Assembly (NCBI GenBank): GCA_002269645.1
Contig: NIVC01002736.1
Span: 80,552 to 144,551, forward strand
Reading direction: 5' to 3'
Source: Macrostomum lignano
Lineage: Eukaryota
DNA length: 64,000 bases
Positions 1 to 11,516 of this stretch are shown here, in pieces (positions within the stretch are counted from its first letter, which is position 1; each line of letters opens with the position of its first letter). The notes below the pieces were generated by a model. That model did not search any database, was not told the origin of the DNA, and saw only the letters and a list, made by a program, of their open reading frames with translations. The translations under genes and the position numbers were made by a program.

Positions 1-746
1 GATGCCATGATTGCATCTGCATGTCAGTTCTGTGCTTTGCAGTATGCCTAAATACTGGAATGATTTGCTATCTCATATATGATTGCATGATTTGATTAGT
101 GCTAATTTTAATACCATATAATTGGATTAGTTTGCAACTTTGAATGCAGCTTTAATTCTCAAAGATTGAATAAATAAGTTATAGATATTGTCGCGCCCAA
201 TTTTTGCATTGCAGCTTTTCATCTGGGCCACTTTTTGAACTGCTTGTTTGTCTGCAGTGCTTAAAATTCTTTGTTACTACTTTTCAAAATTAATAGTAGT
301 CTATAACAAATATAATCCAAATTTTACTAGCTCACCATTAATGGTTAGTTGAATGCAATATTTATTATAGATGTGCTAACAGTGCCTGCAATTTAACAAT
401 AAATTATATTAGATTCTATTGTCTTCTGTATAATTTCTTATCTACAAAGAATTGTCAGCTCTCTGTGTGTCCCTAACCATATGCCTCTGGGAACTGTCAC
501 TAGTGTTGTGCGGCGCTTGCTTTATTATCGCAGCTAATGTTTTATCTCGATTGAGTTTAGCAGCCAGCGCTTATTGGCTCGCTATTGGGGAATTCGCGTA
601 TTAGCCAATCCCGTCCGCGTGCTTTCAACTTCTGCTGTGTAATTTTATTTTAGACCTCACGTAGATCTGTCTCTTACTCGTATGTTTTGTTTCTCTAACC
701 TGCAACGGTTATTTAAAAGCAGTTAAAAAGGCCCCACGTGTGATCA

Positions 747-2288
747 ATGGACTGCAATGACCTGCTAGGTGGTGATAGTAGAGACTTGGATCCACCAGCA
801 GCTGATACTGCGCCAGATGGCGATGAGCGAACACCGCTGCTGATTACGCAATCGGCTACCTATCATCGTCATCAATATCAACATCTCCGTCATCATCATT
901 TCCAGCATCATCAACAGGCATCGAACGCGGCTGAGCAGCAGCAGCCGCAAACACCGCCTACCCCAGCACTCATGTCGTCATCTGACATGCAGTTCAGTTT
1001 GCAAATCCAGTGTCAACCTGGCGACGAACTGGCCAACAGTCTAGATTTTAGCAACAGCAGTACCCGGCATTGTCATAGCGGCGAAACTGAACGTCGATTT
1101 CGTTACATTGCCGCGCAGAAGCTTGCTCGCCGACGCCTGGTAATTGCAGCTGTAGCCTGTCTAGTCTTCATGATCGGAGAGGTGATTGGCGGCGCTATAG
1201 CCAATAGTTTGGCTATAATGACTGACGCTGCTCATCTGTTAACGGATCTGACTAGTTTTCTCATCAGCTTATTAGCTCTGTTTCTGGCCACTAAGAGGCC
1301 TAGTAGAAGAATGAGTTTTGGTTGGTATCGAGCCGAAGTGATTGGAGCTCTGGTGTCCGTTCTGATGATTTGGATAGTCACAGCTGTGCTAGTCTATATG
1401 GCTGTGCATCGGGTTGTCCAAAAAGATTTCGAAGTCGAAGGTGAAGCCATGCTAATCACGGCAGGTGTTGGCGTAGCATTCAACATGTTGATGGCGTTGC
1501 TGTTACACCAGGGTCACGGACATTCGCACGGATTGCAGCGTCAGAATTGTCAGGCTGACGGTCCCCCAGCTGTCGCCGCGGATTCGTCTTCCCAGTCCAC
1601 GGTTGATAAAGACGATGAAGAAGAGCCGCCGGAACCAGTCGATGTGGATGCGGCCGACACTGCTGGCATTGTTGAACGGGATTGTCAACGGAGACGCAGG
1701 CGTCCTGAGCATCATGCTGGCGATCATGAGCATCAGGAGCACGGCGAGCACGATCGTCATCACGAGCACATTGGCAGCAGTTTCGGTCACAATCACGCTC
1801 ACAACAATATGAACGTTCGCGCCGCCTTCATACACGTTATTGGCGACTTATTGCAAAGCATTGGTGTATTAGTAGCGGCTCTTATCATTTACTATCGACC
1901 GGATTATAAACTGGCCGATCCGATATGCACGTTCGTATTCTCGCTGCTAGTTTTGGGAACTACAGTGAGCATACTGAAGGACACTGTCCGAGTGCTGCTG
2001 GAGGCCACTCCCCAGGGCATCGATGTGGCTAAGTTCCGGGCCGCTCTGGCTGCGCTACCCTGCGTGATTCAAGTGCACAGCCTTCGAGTTTGGAGTCTGA
2101 CTCTTGGCCGCAATGTGGCCAGCGCTCATCTAGTTGTTAACTCCAATTGCGGCGTAGTGCAACGCGACAATCTTGTTGTCAAGGCAACGGAGCTATCTAA
2201 GAAGATTTTTCAAATGTCGGACGTGACTCTTCAAGTTGAGCCGCATGTCTTAGAGATGGACAGTTGCGAGCATTGCAGATCTGTTTGA
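747..2288 (+). CDS. SLC30A2: Zinc transporter, CDF/SLC30 family, ZnT2/3/8-like; intronless CDS, 513 aa
   Basis: Six hydrophobic TM segments; TM2 HLLTD and TM5 HVIGD Zn-site motifs; SLAIMTDAAH, FGWYRAEV and NMNVRAAFIHVIGD signatures; His-rich TM4-5 loop; cytosolic CTD ending TLQVE..CEHC. Confidence 0.95.
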   Translation: MDCNDLLGGDSRDLDPPAADTAPDGDERTPLLITQSATYHRHQYQHLRHHHFQHHQQASNAAEQQQPQTPPTPALMSSSDMQFSLQIQCQPGDELANSLDFSNSSTRHCHSGETERRFRYIAAQKLARRRLVIAAVACLVFMIGEVIGGAIANSLAIMTDAAHLLTDLTSFLISLLALFLATKRPSRRMSFGWYRAEVIGALVSVLMIWIVTAVLVYMAVHRVVQKDFEVEGEAMLITAGVGVAFNMLMALLLHQGHGHSHGLQRQNCQADGPPAVAADSSSQSTVDKDDEEEPPEPVDVDAADTAGIVERDCQRRRRRPEHHAGDHEHQEHGEHDRHHEHIGSSFGHNHAHNNMNVRAAFIHVIGDLLQSIGVLVAALIIYYRPDYKLADPICTFVFSLLVLGTTVSILKDTVRVLLEATPQGIDVAKFRAALAALPCVIQVHSLRVWSLTLGRNVASAHLVVNSNCGVVQRDNLVVKATELSKKIFQMSDVTLQVEPHVLEMDSCEHCRSV

Positions 2289-4186
2289 ATGAATGTTTTC
2301 ATTTTTTGGCTCATCGATTCCTGTCAGTTGTTATAATCGAACTTAGTTATTATTACCACGTAGATAAGCAGTTAGAAGACTTAAATTAAAAGTACAGAGT
2401 CTTGGAGCAAAACTGAAAGTATCAAACAGTTGTGATCGAATGCGATGGCGCATTAAAACCATGAGTTGAATTGTTTTTCCTCGCACTAAAACTTTGATTG
2501 TGGATCTTTTATCCTGTACTGACACCTGGATTCGGATAACTATTGAAAACGAGCATATATGTGCATTATCTTTCTATTGATTATCGTTATTTTCTTTCGA
2601 CAGCGTCAAGATTTTTGTATAGATTCTTAATTTTGCTGTAATTGTTTTGCATAATGAAATCTAATGCAAAATTGACAACGATTATAGCTTTGAATGAACT
2701 CATCATTTGTTCTGCGTATATTACTTTGTAACTAAGTCTATTATAATATGATATATAACCAAGATGAAGTAACATATGCTTCCCAAATCCATTTCTGAAA
2801 ATTCGATACATTCGATTCAGATAGCGGTTCTTTTTCTTTTCTTGGGTTTGCGTTTTTTGATTTTGTATTTTTATCCCTTCTCTTAATTTTTTGTTTTTAT
2901 TAGTGCCAGTACAGTATTGATATATATTAACTATAAAGTGTGAGCTTGAGCTGCTAAAATGTGTTCAATTCGTTGTCTTGATCGTTTTTTCTCCGACTAT
3001 ATGCGATGAGAGCGATTATCAAAATTATTTAAACTGTTTTGGGCCGTTTGTCTCATGTTTAAAAAAAACAATATCAAAATGATTACGCTGCTGAGTAATC
3101 TGTCATCTCATTCGATTATAATTATTTTTCTTATCGAACGTACTTAATTGGGGCTGGATTTTGTTATACATATAGTTCGTGTTTATTTGAACGTACTTCA
3201 ATTTATTTACAGAACGAATCCCTATTTTGTTAATGTCAATCTCAGTAGAAAAGCAATTGTCCGACAAAATTAATTTGATTTCTAGCAGCGCAACCGAGAG
3301 GAACTGTTCAATTAGTACGTGTGGCTCTCATGCGGCTATCATGTCAAATATAAATGGAGACGCGCAAATGTGCTACATGTTATTTTTTGCGCAAATTGTT
3401 CGTTTGATTTATTTATTTGTCAACTTAAGAAAATAGTTTTTTAGATCAAGAACCTCGTCCCTTTCCAATCAAGGCGTAGATTTAGGAGTCTGTCATTAAG
3501 GTATTTTGCTAACCTAAACCATAATTCCTTAAAGCTGAAATTGTCAAATTCCTACGAGCGTAGCAATTCTTAGAATCTTGTGAAAGCAATTTCTGTTCCT
3601 GTTGAGCTCTTCTTCCTTGCGAGCATAGAATCTTGTCTCCCTTTGTCTTCCGTTTTACTTTTCTTGAGCAAAAGCAAAGCCAACTTCCCAATAACACAGG
3701 AAATTAAATTCTGTGTAATATATTCCACTCCTTATTGCTTGGCACGAATTAAAATCCAGAATGTTACCTTACAATCCCTGTTTTCTAAGGTCGATACTAG
3801 GCAGGTAGTTGCGAACTTTTTTTGTGAAAGTTGTCTCTAGAAGTAACGGGGTGAAAAATAGTCAGTCTTTATTAATCTCTTCTATAGCCTCGGGAATTTT
3901 GCTTTAATAATTCTTCGATTCTACTCTAAGATCGACTAGTTGCATGAATTAATTAATAAGACCCTCATTTTCTGAGATTCTTCTATTGTTTTTGAATATC
4001 TTGTTTTACGCAGTCAAGAGCATGATGTGCACTTCAGATTTCGCATTAAGCAGCTTTTAACTTACTTTGTACTTAGACATTTTTATTAATAGTAATGACG
4101 CGGAAGATGCCGCAGTCTTAGCTGTCTATGTCTTTTCGAAACGTCGACTAAACAAACAATAGTATTAATCAAGCAAAACAAAAAGA

Positions 4187-5454
4187 ATGGTTGCTCTGTT
4201 TGTAAATGACTTTGCACTTTTGTGTATCAGAGTTATGTTTATAAAAGAAGATATGTTTCTACTGCTGCTGAGCATTCTTAATCTTGTTATTCCTGCTGGC
4301 TGGGCTACTGTACCGTTGGAGCCGTATCCCGCTATCCAGTTTACTGTCGAGGACTCGATTACCATCAAAGATTACAGTAAAGCGCGCATCACGCTACTAT
4401 CAGTTGGACAAGAGCGAACCTTAGTCTGCGAATCGCCGATTAGTGTATCTGCAAATAAGCGAAAAAACCTACAAATCGATTGGTACTTTGGCGATACAGA
4501 TTCTCTGACTAAAATTATATTCGATAGCAACGGCTGGTCTCTGTCGCATCGTACTACTACGAATAACAGTAGTAGTAGCGCGTTTCGCATATTATTAGAC
4601 GATGGTGTCTACCGCAACAGAGGTTCTATTGTTGTTAAGTCGAGCAATATCAGCAGCTTTAGCGATAAAAATGGCTTCAGGTGGGACATTTTAAAACCCG
4701 TCTGTGTCTTTCGCTTAAAGTTTAGGAAGTCAGGACGCTACAATTGCAAAACTTGCCGATCTTGAGAATACTTTTTTCGAACTTTAAGTGGAACTTTTGA
4801 ATAAAGGATTGTGGATAAAGGCTCCACTCTGAAACCAGTGGTCGACTTTTCTCTGAGTTCAGAGCCCCAAGAGTAATTCCCAGGTCAGTGCAATTATGGC
4901 TAGAGTTGGATTAAAGGTTACTTTTTGACCATTGCTTTGGGGTGTTTCTGAGTGAACAGTTTGCAGTAAAAACCATTCCGAGTTAGTATAATTTGCGAAT
5001 GTAGCGTCTTTCAGACTCTCTACTCAAGCCTTTGCTAGCGATATCTCAATTGTCGTCCAACGCGAACTCCACTTGCAGTTACAATCATCTCTTAAATGGA
5101 ATTCTGGCTTGCGTCTATAGTCGCAGCGGTGATATCTCATCGATATTTCACTTGATGACTTTGTTGCCACCGTTGCCAATCAATCGTGAGTCTGCAGCGG
5201 TGACGCAGTGTCCACCAGGTCACGCTGCGGCTAGTTACGCTGGTCTGTCAGTTTGTCAACCCTGTTTGCCTAATGAATTTTCGCCTGGCGGCGTGTCGCC
5301 TTGTCAGCCGTGTCGAGCTGGTCAGTTTAACAGTCGGTTTGCTAGTCCTGAATGCGCTAAACAACGGTTTAAACGATCGACAACAGCAGGGAAGGCGACT
5401 GTGTTAGTCATCATTTCGTCTGGGATTTATTTGGTTGGATTTGAAAATAAATAG
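4187..5454 (+). pseudogene. Disrupted locus for a predicted membrane/secreted protein: signal peptide, Ig-like domain, Cys-rich ephrin-receptor-like repeats and a hydrophobic tail
   Basis: ORF 4187-4765 has a signal peptide (MFLLLLSILNLVIPAGWA), LVC, IDWY and SGRYNC Ig hallmarks. ORF 5032-5454 has CPPG..CQPCLPNEFS..CQPCRAGQF..C and a hydrophobic end. The 4765-5030 link has stops in all three frames and I found no convincing intron. Confidence 0.5.
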
Positions 5455-5586
5455 TAGCAATGATAATGCAGAAGTTGTAAAGTGTTCTCCATTATACGCT
5501 CGTATAGAAGCCTAATTTTCATTTCTAAGCCAAGTCACTAAACCAAATATTTTAGCACCATTACTTCAACAATCTAGACCAGGCCG

Positions 5587-5829
5587 CAGGGATCGGCAAA
5601 CTCCGGCCCACGAAGCCTCTCTATCACGGATCTCGGGTCCTTTGAAACTTCACAATAGCAATCCAGTTCGCTCAAGGCTTGTGTCTCTTCTCATCTCTTC
5701 TATTTCGTCTCTCCTCTTCTCCTCTATTCCCTCGCCTCTCTTTTCTTTCTCTCTTCCCCTGCTCTGGTCCGCAGTCATGCGCTTGATTGTCTATCTGGCC
5801 CCTAAGATAAAAAAGTTTGCCTATCCCTG
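5587..5829. mobile_element. hAT (Charlie-like) MITE, 243 bp
   Basis: Terminal inverted repeats CAGGGATCGGCAAACT and AGTTTGCCTATCCCTG (16 bp, 1 mismatch) with subterminal CGGCCC/TGGCCC motifs typical of hAT ends; no intact 8-bp TSD. Confidence 0.7.
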
Positions 5830-6018
5830 ATTTTTACTATGCTTACCAGCTTTCAACTTTTACCAGCTAGATATGCTAATTGATCGAAATTTTTATGCTT
5901 GAAAATTTACAAGAGTAGGAGAACACTTTACAATGCACATGTGGCAAGGCTACCAAACAAGCAACCATAATTCAAAACGTGATCAACCACTGTAACAAAT
6001 TCTTTCTCAAGGCATCTG

Positions 6019-6255
6019 ATGCACCGGCGTCTTCCGCTAGCCGATTTTAGAAGCGTAATAATGTACCACTGTCTGCTAATATTGCTTCTGTCGGCGGTTG
6101 TCGTGGCTCTATTATTAGTCAGCGCACTAAGCTTTGAAACTGTTTGGCACGGCGTTCTATCCGGTATTGAAATGAGCATAGCTGGAGCTCTCGATGATAG
6201 ATTTGTGCTAAAAGAACCCGAAGCCGATGGGAATAATGATACTCAGGAAGCTTGA
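6019..6255 (+). CDS. Small single-pass membrane protein, 78 aa, unknown family
   Basis: ORF with one strong TM segment and an acidic tail; 3' splice-acceptor-like AG at 6010-6011 just before the ATG; AATAAA at 6330 and 6368 after the stop. Confidence 0.5.
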   Translation: MHRRLPLADFRSVIMYHCLLILLLSAVVVALLLVSALSFETVWHGVLSGIEMSIAGALDDRFVLKEPEADGNNDTQEA

Positions 6256-6494
6256 AATCTGACTTCGTATAATTGATTTCGCATGTACTCAGTAGTACTC
6301 TTTACTATACAGAAGAGATAAAACAGATCAATAAATACACGTACTTTACTCGTCTATAGTGATTGAAAATAAATCAGTTCTTACTAGTATTCCACTTTTC
6401 CACTTATTTTTCAACTGAAACTTTCGTTTTACTAATGAATTCTTGCAATAAAACTTTACTGCTGGCCAATTCTAGCTAAAAACACAATACGTCA

Positions 6495-6986
6495 ATGCTG
6501 CCACATCGGGTTGCATCATCATCACTGAGGCTTGTCGGCCTGTGCAGAGCCCTATCAGCCAATTCGCTATTTCATCAGCAGCAAACTATCCGATGCTTGG
6601 CTTCTGGCCTATCGGCCACAGTAATACCCGGTCGTGGGCCGAATTTCCGACCAACCCGATCGCCGCTAACCCTCACCCAAGCGGCTGTTGATCGAGTCAA
6701 AGCTGCACTGGCCGAATCCAACGGTTCAGCTAAAGCGTTGAGAATTGGCGTCAGAACAAGAGGATGCAATGGACTGTCGTATACGCTGGACTATGCCAGC
6801 GAGAAAGCGGCCATGGACGAGACGGTTGAACAGGACGGGGTGACGGTCTACATCGATCGGAAGGCTCAGCTCACACTGCTAGGCACAGAGATGGACTACG
6901 TGAAGGGTCCGCTAGTTAGCGAGTTTGTCTTCTATAATCCCAACGCTAAAGGTACCTGCGGTTGCGGCGAAAGTTTCAATGTCTGA
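6495..6986 (+). CDS. ISCA1: Iron-sulfur cluster assembly 1 homolog, mitochondrial; intronless
   Basis: Arg/Leu/Ser-rich N-terminal presequence; GVRTRGCNGLSY, LLGTEMDY and C-terminal CGCGESF motifs of the IscA/HesB family. Confidence 0.96.
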   Translation: MLPHRVASSSLRLVGLCRALSANSLFHQQQTIRCLASGLSATVIPGRGPNFRPTRSPLTLTQAAVDRVKAALAESNGSAKALRIGVRTRGCNGLSYTLDYASEKAAMDETVEQDGVTVYIDRKAQLTLLGTEMDYVKGPLVSEFVFYNPNAKGTCGCGESFNV

Positions 6987-7789
6987 TTTTGTCTACCCGT
7001 AGTTAGTTACTCATCCTTGGTTGCTTGCACTGCTTGCTCGTCTGTCAAATCACGGATACTAAAAACATTAATAGTCAAATGAAATCTGGGGTTCCTATTG
7101 GTTGAGAAGTGTTTTGTCTATGACCGACAAAACCGCATTCTATACGCCCAAGAGATACAGTCGTAGTGGGCGTAATAAAACAGAACAATTTATTTATTTG
7201 GCCCCAATAATTAAAATTTGTTTCCGAATGATATTACGAGTACATTTAATACCTGACACTTACACTAACTTTATTGACTAAATATCCAGGAGTCCAGAAG
7301 GTAAAGAGTGCAACATCTTGCTACTTACTAGAAGTAGCAATCCACGAATTTTCTTTGCTTTCATTTTCATCAAAAAATAAAGGATTAAAATGTTTATCAT
7401 TTCTATGTTAATTGAATGAAGAGATTTCTATGAATTTTTGCTTACTAATAATTTTCGCTTGTGTACATATCTGGGGAAGTATTTTTGTTTCGTTTTATCG
7501 TGTATAGATTAAAACGTCTGAATATACGGTAGATCCCTCTTGGTGTCAGTTAATGACTTCAGAATGGGATCTGATCAGATAAGAATATGATGGCCTTGTG
7601 AATTGACCTTCTCTGAAAAAATGATAAATATAAGTTTCATTTAGAATAGCTCCGTTTGCATTAGTGATTTCATTTTATAAAATAACCGAATGTCTTTTTC
7701 TGTGTTTTTTCTTTATTCCAATAGATTTAGCCAGTGCAATTTACAGAAACGTTCATTTATAGTCAGGGTCAAGCTGTCGGTCTAGCCAA

Positions 7790-7960
7790 ATGTACATTGA
7801 TACTTAAAACTCTACCCTTCCCTCGCCTGATCCTCGTCTGGGCATGAAGGCCTATCGAAATGTACGTTGATATTTGAATCTCTACCCCTCTCTCGTCTGA
7901 TCCTCGTCTGTGGGCATGAAGGCCTATCGAAATGTACGTTGATATTTGAATCTCTACCCC
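7790..7960. repeat. ~71-bp tandem duplication, about 2.3 copies
   Basis: ctctaccc..ctgatcctcgtctg..ggcatgaaggcctatcgaaatgtacgttgatatttgaat occurs twice plus a partial third copy. Confidence 0.85.
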
Positions 7961-8485
7961 TCCGCCCGAGTCTTATCTGCCTCATAGTGCAAATGTAACA
8001 GGTCGAATTTTAATCCAAAACTGCCGTACAAAACTGTCTCCTCCTATTTCCTAGCAACTGCACATGCTGATAGTCAACATTCATAAGTTTTGTTTCCTGC
8101 ATTTCTTTTTTTCGATTGGCGCTTCCGTTAATGAGCAACAGCATTAAGAACTTGTTACAACTTGTTAAAAATCGATCGAAATAAGAAATAAGCCTCTTGT
8201 CTGTGGCAGTCACCCATTCTTACAATAGCGATTTCAGCCCGTCCTTTGTATGACCTTTATCTATGCTGATAGATAAAGTAAAATAGACTGCCAACTTTAC
8301 GAGTAGTAATACACTTGCTACTTGTAGGTAAAGAAACCAAACAGTATTTTTTTGCAACAGCGCTACTCATAGTTCATATCCGATTTTATTCGTTCTCTAA
8401 CAAACGATAATTAGTTGATCGAATTACACCAGATTTACTTCTCAAAAATATTGGTTTATTCCATCCTCTGTAACTCTCAGTCTTC

Positions 8486-9135
8486 TTAACGCGAGCCAAT
8501 TCTGTTAGTCGTCCCAGTTTCGATTTCATCTTGCATTGCCGTCTCATCAAACTCATACGGTGCAACTTGCAACTCAAAAGACAGCGGCCATATTGGATCC
8601 TGTGGGATTGGCTATGTGGTTGTTATCGTTGTCTTCGTCTTAATAGGTAAAGACTATTAATAGAGACATCACTTACCAGGCGTTTGTAAGCCTTGAGTCT
8701 GGCTAATAGCAGGTGTTGCAGGTCTACCTGGTTCCCAATTGTCATCGGCTCATCTAGCGAGCCCTGGGAGTCATGGACAGCGCTCTTCAGAGCTCGTTTA
8801 ACATTCCCTGCGAAGTATTTCGACCGCGAGTTAAATGACTAAAAAACAGCTAGAGCATCACATTACCATGTACAAGTATGGAAGTACTCACACGAGTAGC
8901 AGTAGTGCAAATTGATGTGGTCGGAACAAACTGAAACGTAAATTACAAATCGTCTAGTGAGAAAATTTTCTGCTCAGTCAAACTTGATACAAAGCTTTTT
9001 TAAAAAAAACGCATGGTCTATTTTCTTGAACAAAGACCTACCAGCATGAGAGTCTCCGAACTCGATCAGACAAGCAGCACAGAGAGCTACAATCAGCAGC
9101 TTCCAGGATCGATTTGTTCCAGCTAGCGACATCAT
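8486..9135 (-). CDS. Candidate secreted neuropeptide precursor, about 125 aa; exons 9135-9042, 8930-8892, 8807-8677, 8599-8486
   Basis: Manual splicing with GT-AG introns and consistent phases 1,1,0 gives signal peptide MMSLAGTNRSWKLLIVALCAACLIEFGDSHA, then VCSDHINLHYCYSWNV-KR, a second KR site and an acidic tail. The exon 3 and exon 4 acceptor choices are ambiguous. Confidence 0.55.
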
Positions 9136-9661
9136 GGTTATGATGATTGATTAGCTTTCTAAGAAAAGATTACCAAAATGGACGATCCAACACTCGATTT
9201 GCTTCAAATACAGCTGTGTATTTCAGCCGTATATATCATGCACAAAGCTGAATTTTATCGAATATAAAAATCCTTAACTGTGATTCGTTGGGCATTCTGA
9301 ATGGTCCTGCAGTCCAGTCTATGCAGACGGAATCTATATCGGCAGCTATACTACTAATAGTATCATAATACATTTATAGTCACTGGATAAACGGACCTCT
9401 GAATAATTTATGCACGACAACCCACGGGTTCATTTCCAAGTGTGACGTCATCACGCTTTTACTTACACGATGTACATTGAACACAGATTGATGGTGCTTA
9501 ATAAACGTTACTCATCAGGTAAAAACGTTACTATAGATTTACATGTATACTAGCCTCCCCCTTCGGGGCGGCCAAAAAATACGTGTAGGCAAGGAACGAA
9601 GGTTGTTTATGTGGATCCCATTTGCCTTTATCCTATTTAGCAATTTCCCTTGTAATATTTG

Positions 9662-9826
9662 GCAAATGAGTGCCTGCAGCGCTAAAATGAGTTCCTGCGG
9701 CGCCAAAATGATTACATCAGGCGTCAAAATGGATGTCTACCTGTAACGCAAAAATGAGTACCTGCGGCGAAAAAAGGAGTGCCTATGGTACCAAAATGAA
9801 TGTCTTCCTGCGGCTCGGCGCTAAAA
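9662..9826. repeat. Degenerate ~21-bp tandem repeat (aaaatgagtNcctgcggcgcc-like)
   Basis: About 7 diverged copies visible. Confidence 0.6.
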
Positions 9827-11029
9827 ATTATAGATTTATAACTGTAATCGTTAAAAAGATCTATGACCCCAATATATCAGCACAGGTATACTAATATAGC
9901 ATTTTTATTGAAGATTTTATTTAAGAATTCGAGCACTCATTCAGGGCATTGCCAATCGCATTTAAAGTTTCTACTTTCGTCTATGGTTAAACACCGTCTA
10001 TGGCACAGGCACGGACTGAGCATGAATTAAGACACAGACATGCAGCAGATGCTAATAAAGTTGTATAGTCCACGGGACGAAATCAATCTACAGGGTTGGC
10101 GTTCCATGGTACTGCAGAGACCCTGGAGTGGATCACTCTGTCCTTGCCTCGCTGTTTGGCCCGTGAAAACATGATTGAGCACATGGGTTCTGAAGGTTTA
10201 GTCACAGTTGCAGACTTTCTGCATGCGTCACAAACTACACGATCTTGTCTAATGGCTCTGAGTTTAATGTCTGGCGGCTTCAACTGTTGGATGTCTGAAA
10301 TTCAATGCTCTTCTCAATACACGGTTTTGGTCATAGACAATCGTGGAAGCGCGGGTTGAATACCGCTTGGCCGTATCTTGAATCGAATGCACGACTTCTT
10401 AAATTAGCTGAAAATGCTAATTTTTCTCCCATAGCCAATTTTCTACAATATTTTGCAATCGAATTTTTATTTCTTTCCTTGAAGAAGCTGTCACAGATTT
10501 TTCGCTCAGCTAACCAAGTAGAGTATTTAATCAGCTGCCCACAACAGCTGAACGGCTGCGTGACAAAGCGTGAATTGAGAAATTGAAGAGAATTCGTCAA
10601 TTCACAATGACAGCTTCTCATAAAATTAGAATTCTATCGTTTGGCACGATTGATAAGCAATAAAGAGCAATGCATTAATAAAGCTCTAATGGTGTAAAAT
10701 CGACGACAAGAAAGTTGGAATTACATAGTATTTACCATTTTATAAATCTACCAAATTTATTCAATAATTATGATCATTGATTTATAAAAGTTTTAGATGT
10801 GCGGTATAATTAACTGTAAACTATGAGAACGACATCGAGGTACGAATCGAACGCATAGCATAATAAATATAACTGATTATTATAGTACTCAAAATTGCAT
10901 ATCGTATTTACACCGAGTGCAGAGTAGTCCAGAGTCAAATTAAGCATCAAAGTTTTACAACAGTAATATTATCCACACAGTCACGTGCAAATAATAAAAT
11001 AGTTCTCCAAATTTTTTTACATATAAGAA

Positions 11030-11350
11030 GCGCTCCTTATCACCCATTGGCTAAAGCCCCCACCCCACCCCTAGAGAATCCTAGAATATACAGCTAGACT
11101 AAGATAAGAGAAACTCATCGCTCATTGGCTAGAGACCCCACCCCACCCCAGAGAATACGAAAATGTACAGCTAGACTAAGATAAGAGAAACTCCTTTTCG
11201 CTCATTGGCTAGAGACCCCACCCTACCCCACCCTAGTTCTAGAAAATCCCAGAATGTACAGCTAGACTAAGATAAGAGAAGCCCCTTATCGCTCATTGGC
11301 TGGAGCCCCCACCCCACCCCAGTTCCAGGGAATCCGAGAATGTACGCAGC
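11030..11350. repeat. Degenerate ~85-90-bp tandem repeat, about 4 copies
   Basis: Recurrent cgctcattggctagagaccccacccc...aatgtacagctagactaagataagagaa. Confidence 0.8.
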
Positions 11351-11516
11351 TAAAAGCAACTACTCGATGTTGGTTGGCTAAACCCAGTCACTCTTATCGA
11401 AGTTGGTGATACACAAAAAATGTTAACAATTGTTGAGTTTGTGTTTCTTGTTTAAAGAAGTGCCTTTCAAAATATCAATTTTTAAGACATTTTAAGACAG
11501 CTGAATTCATTTATAA

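Noticed and set aside
10096-10359. ORF ending YTVLVIDNRGSAG resembling an alpha/beta-hydrolase motif
   Set aside because: Single short motif, immediate stop, and no flanking exons or nucleophile elbow found
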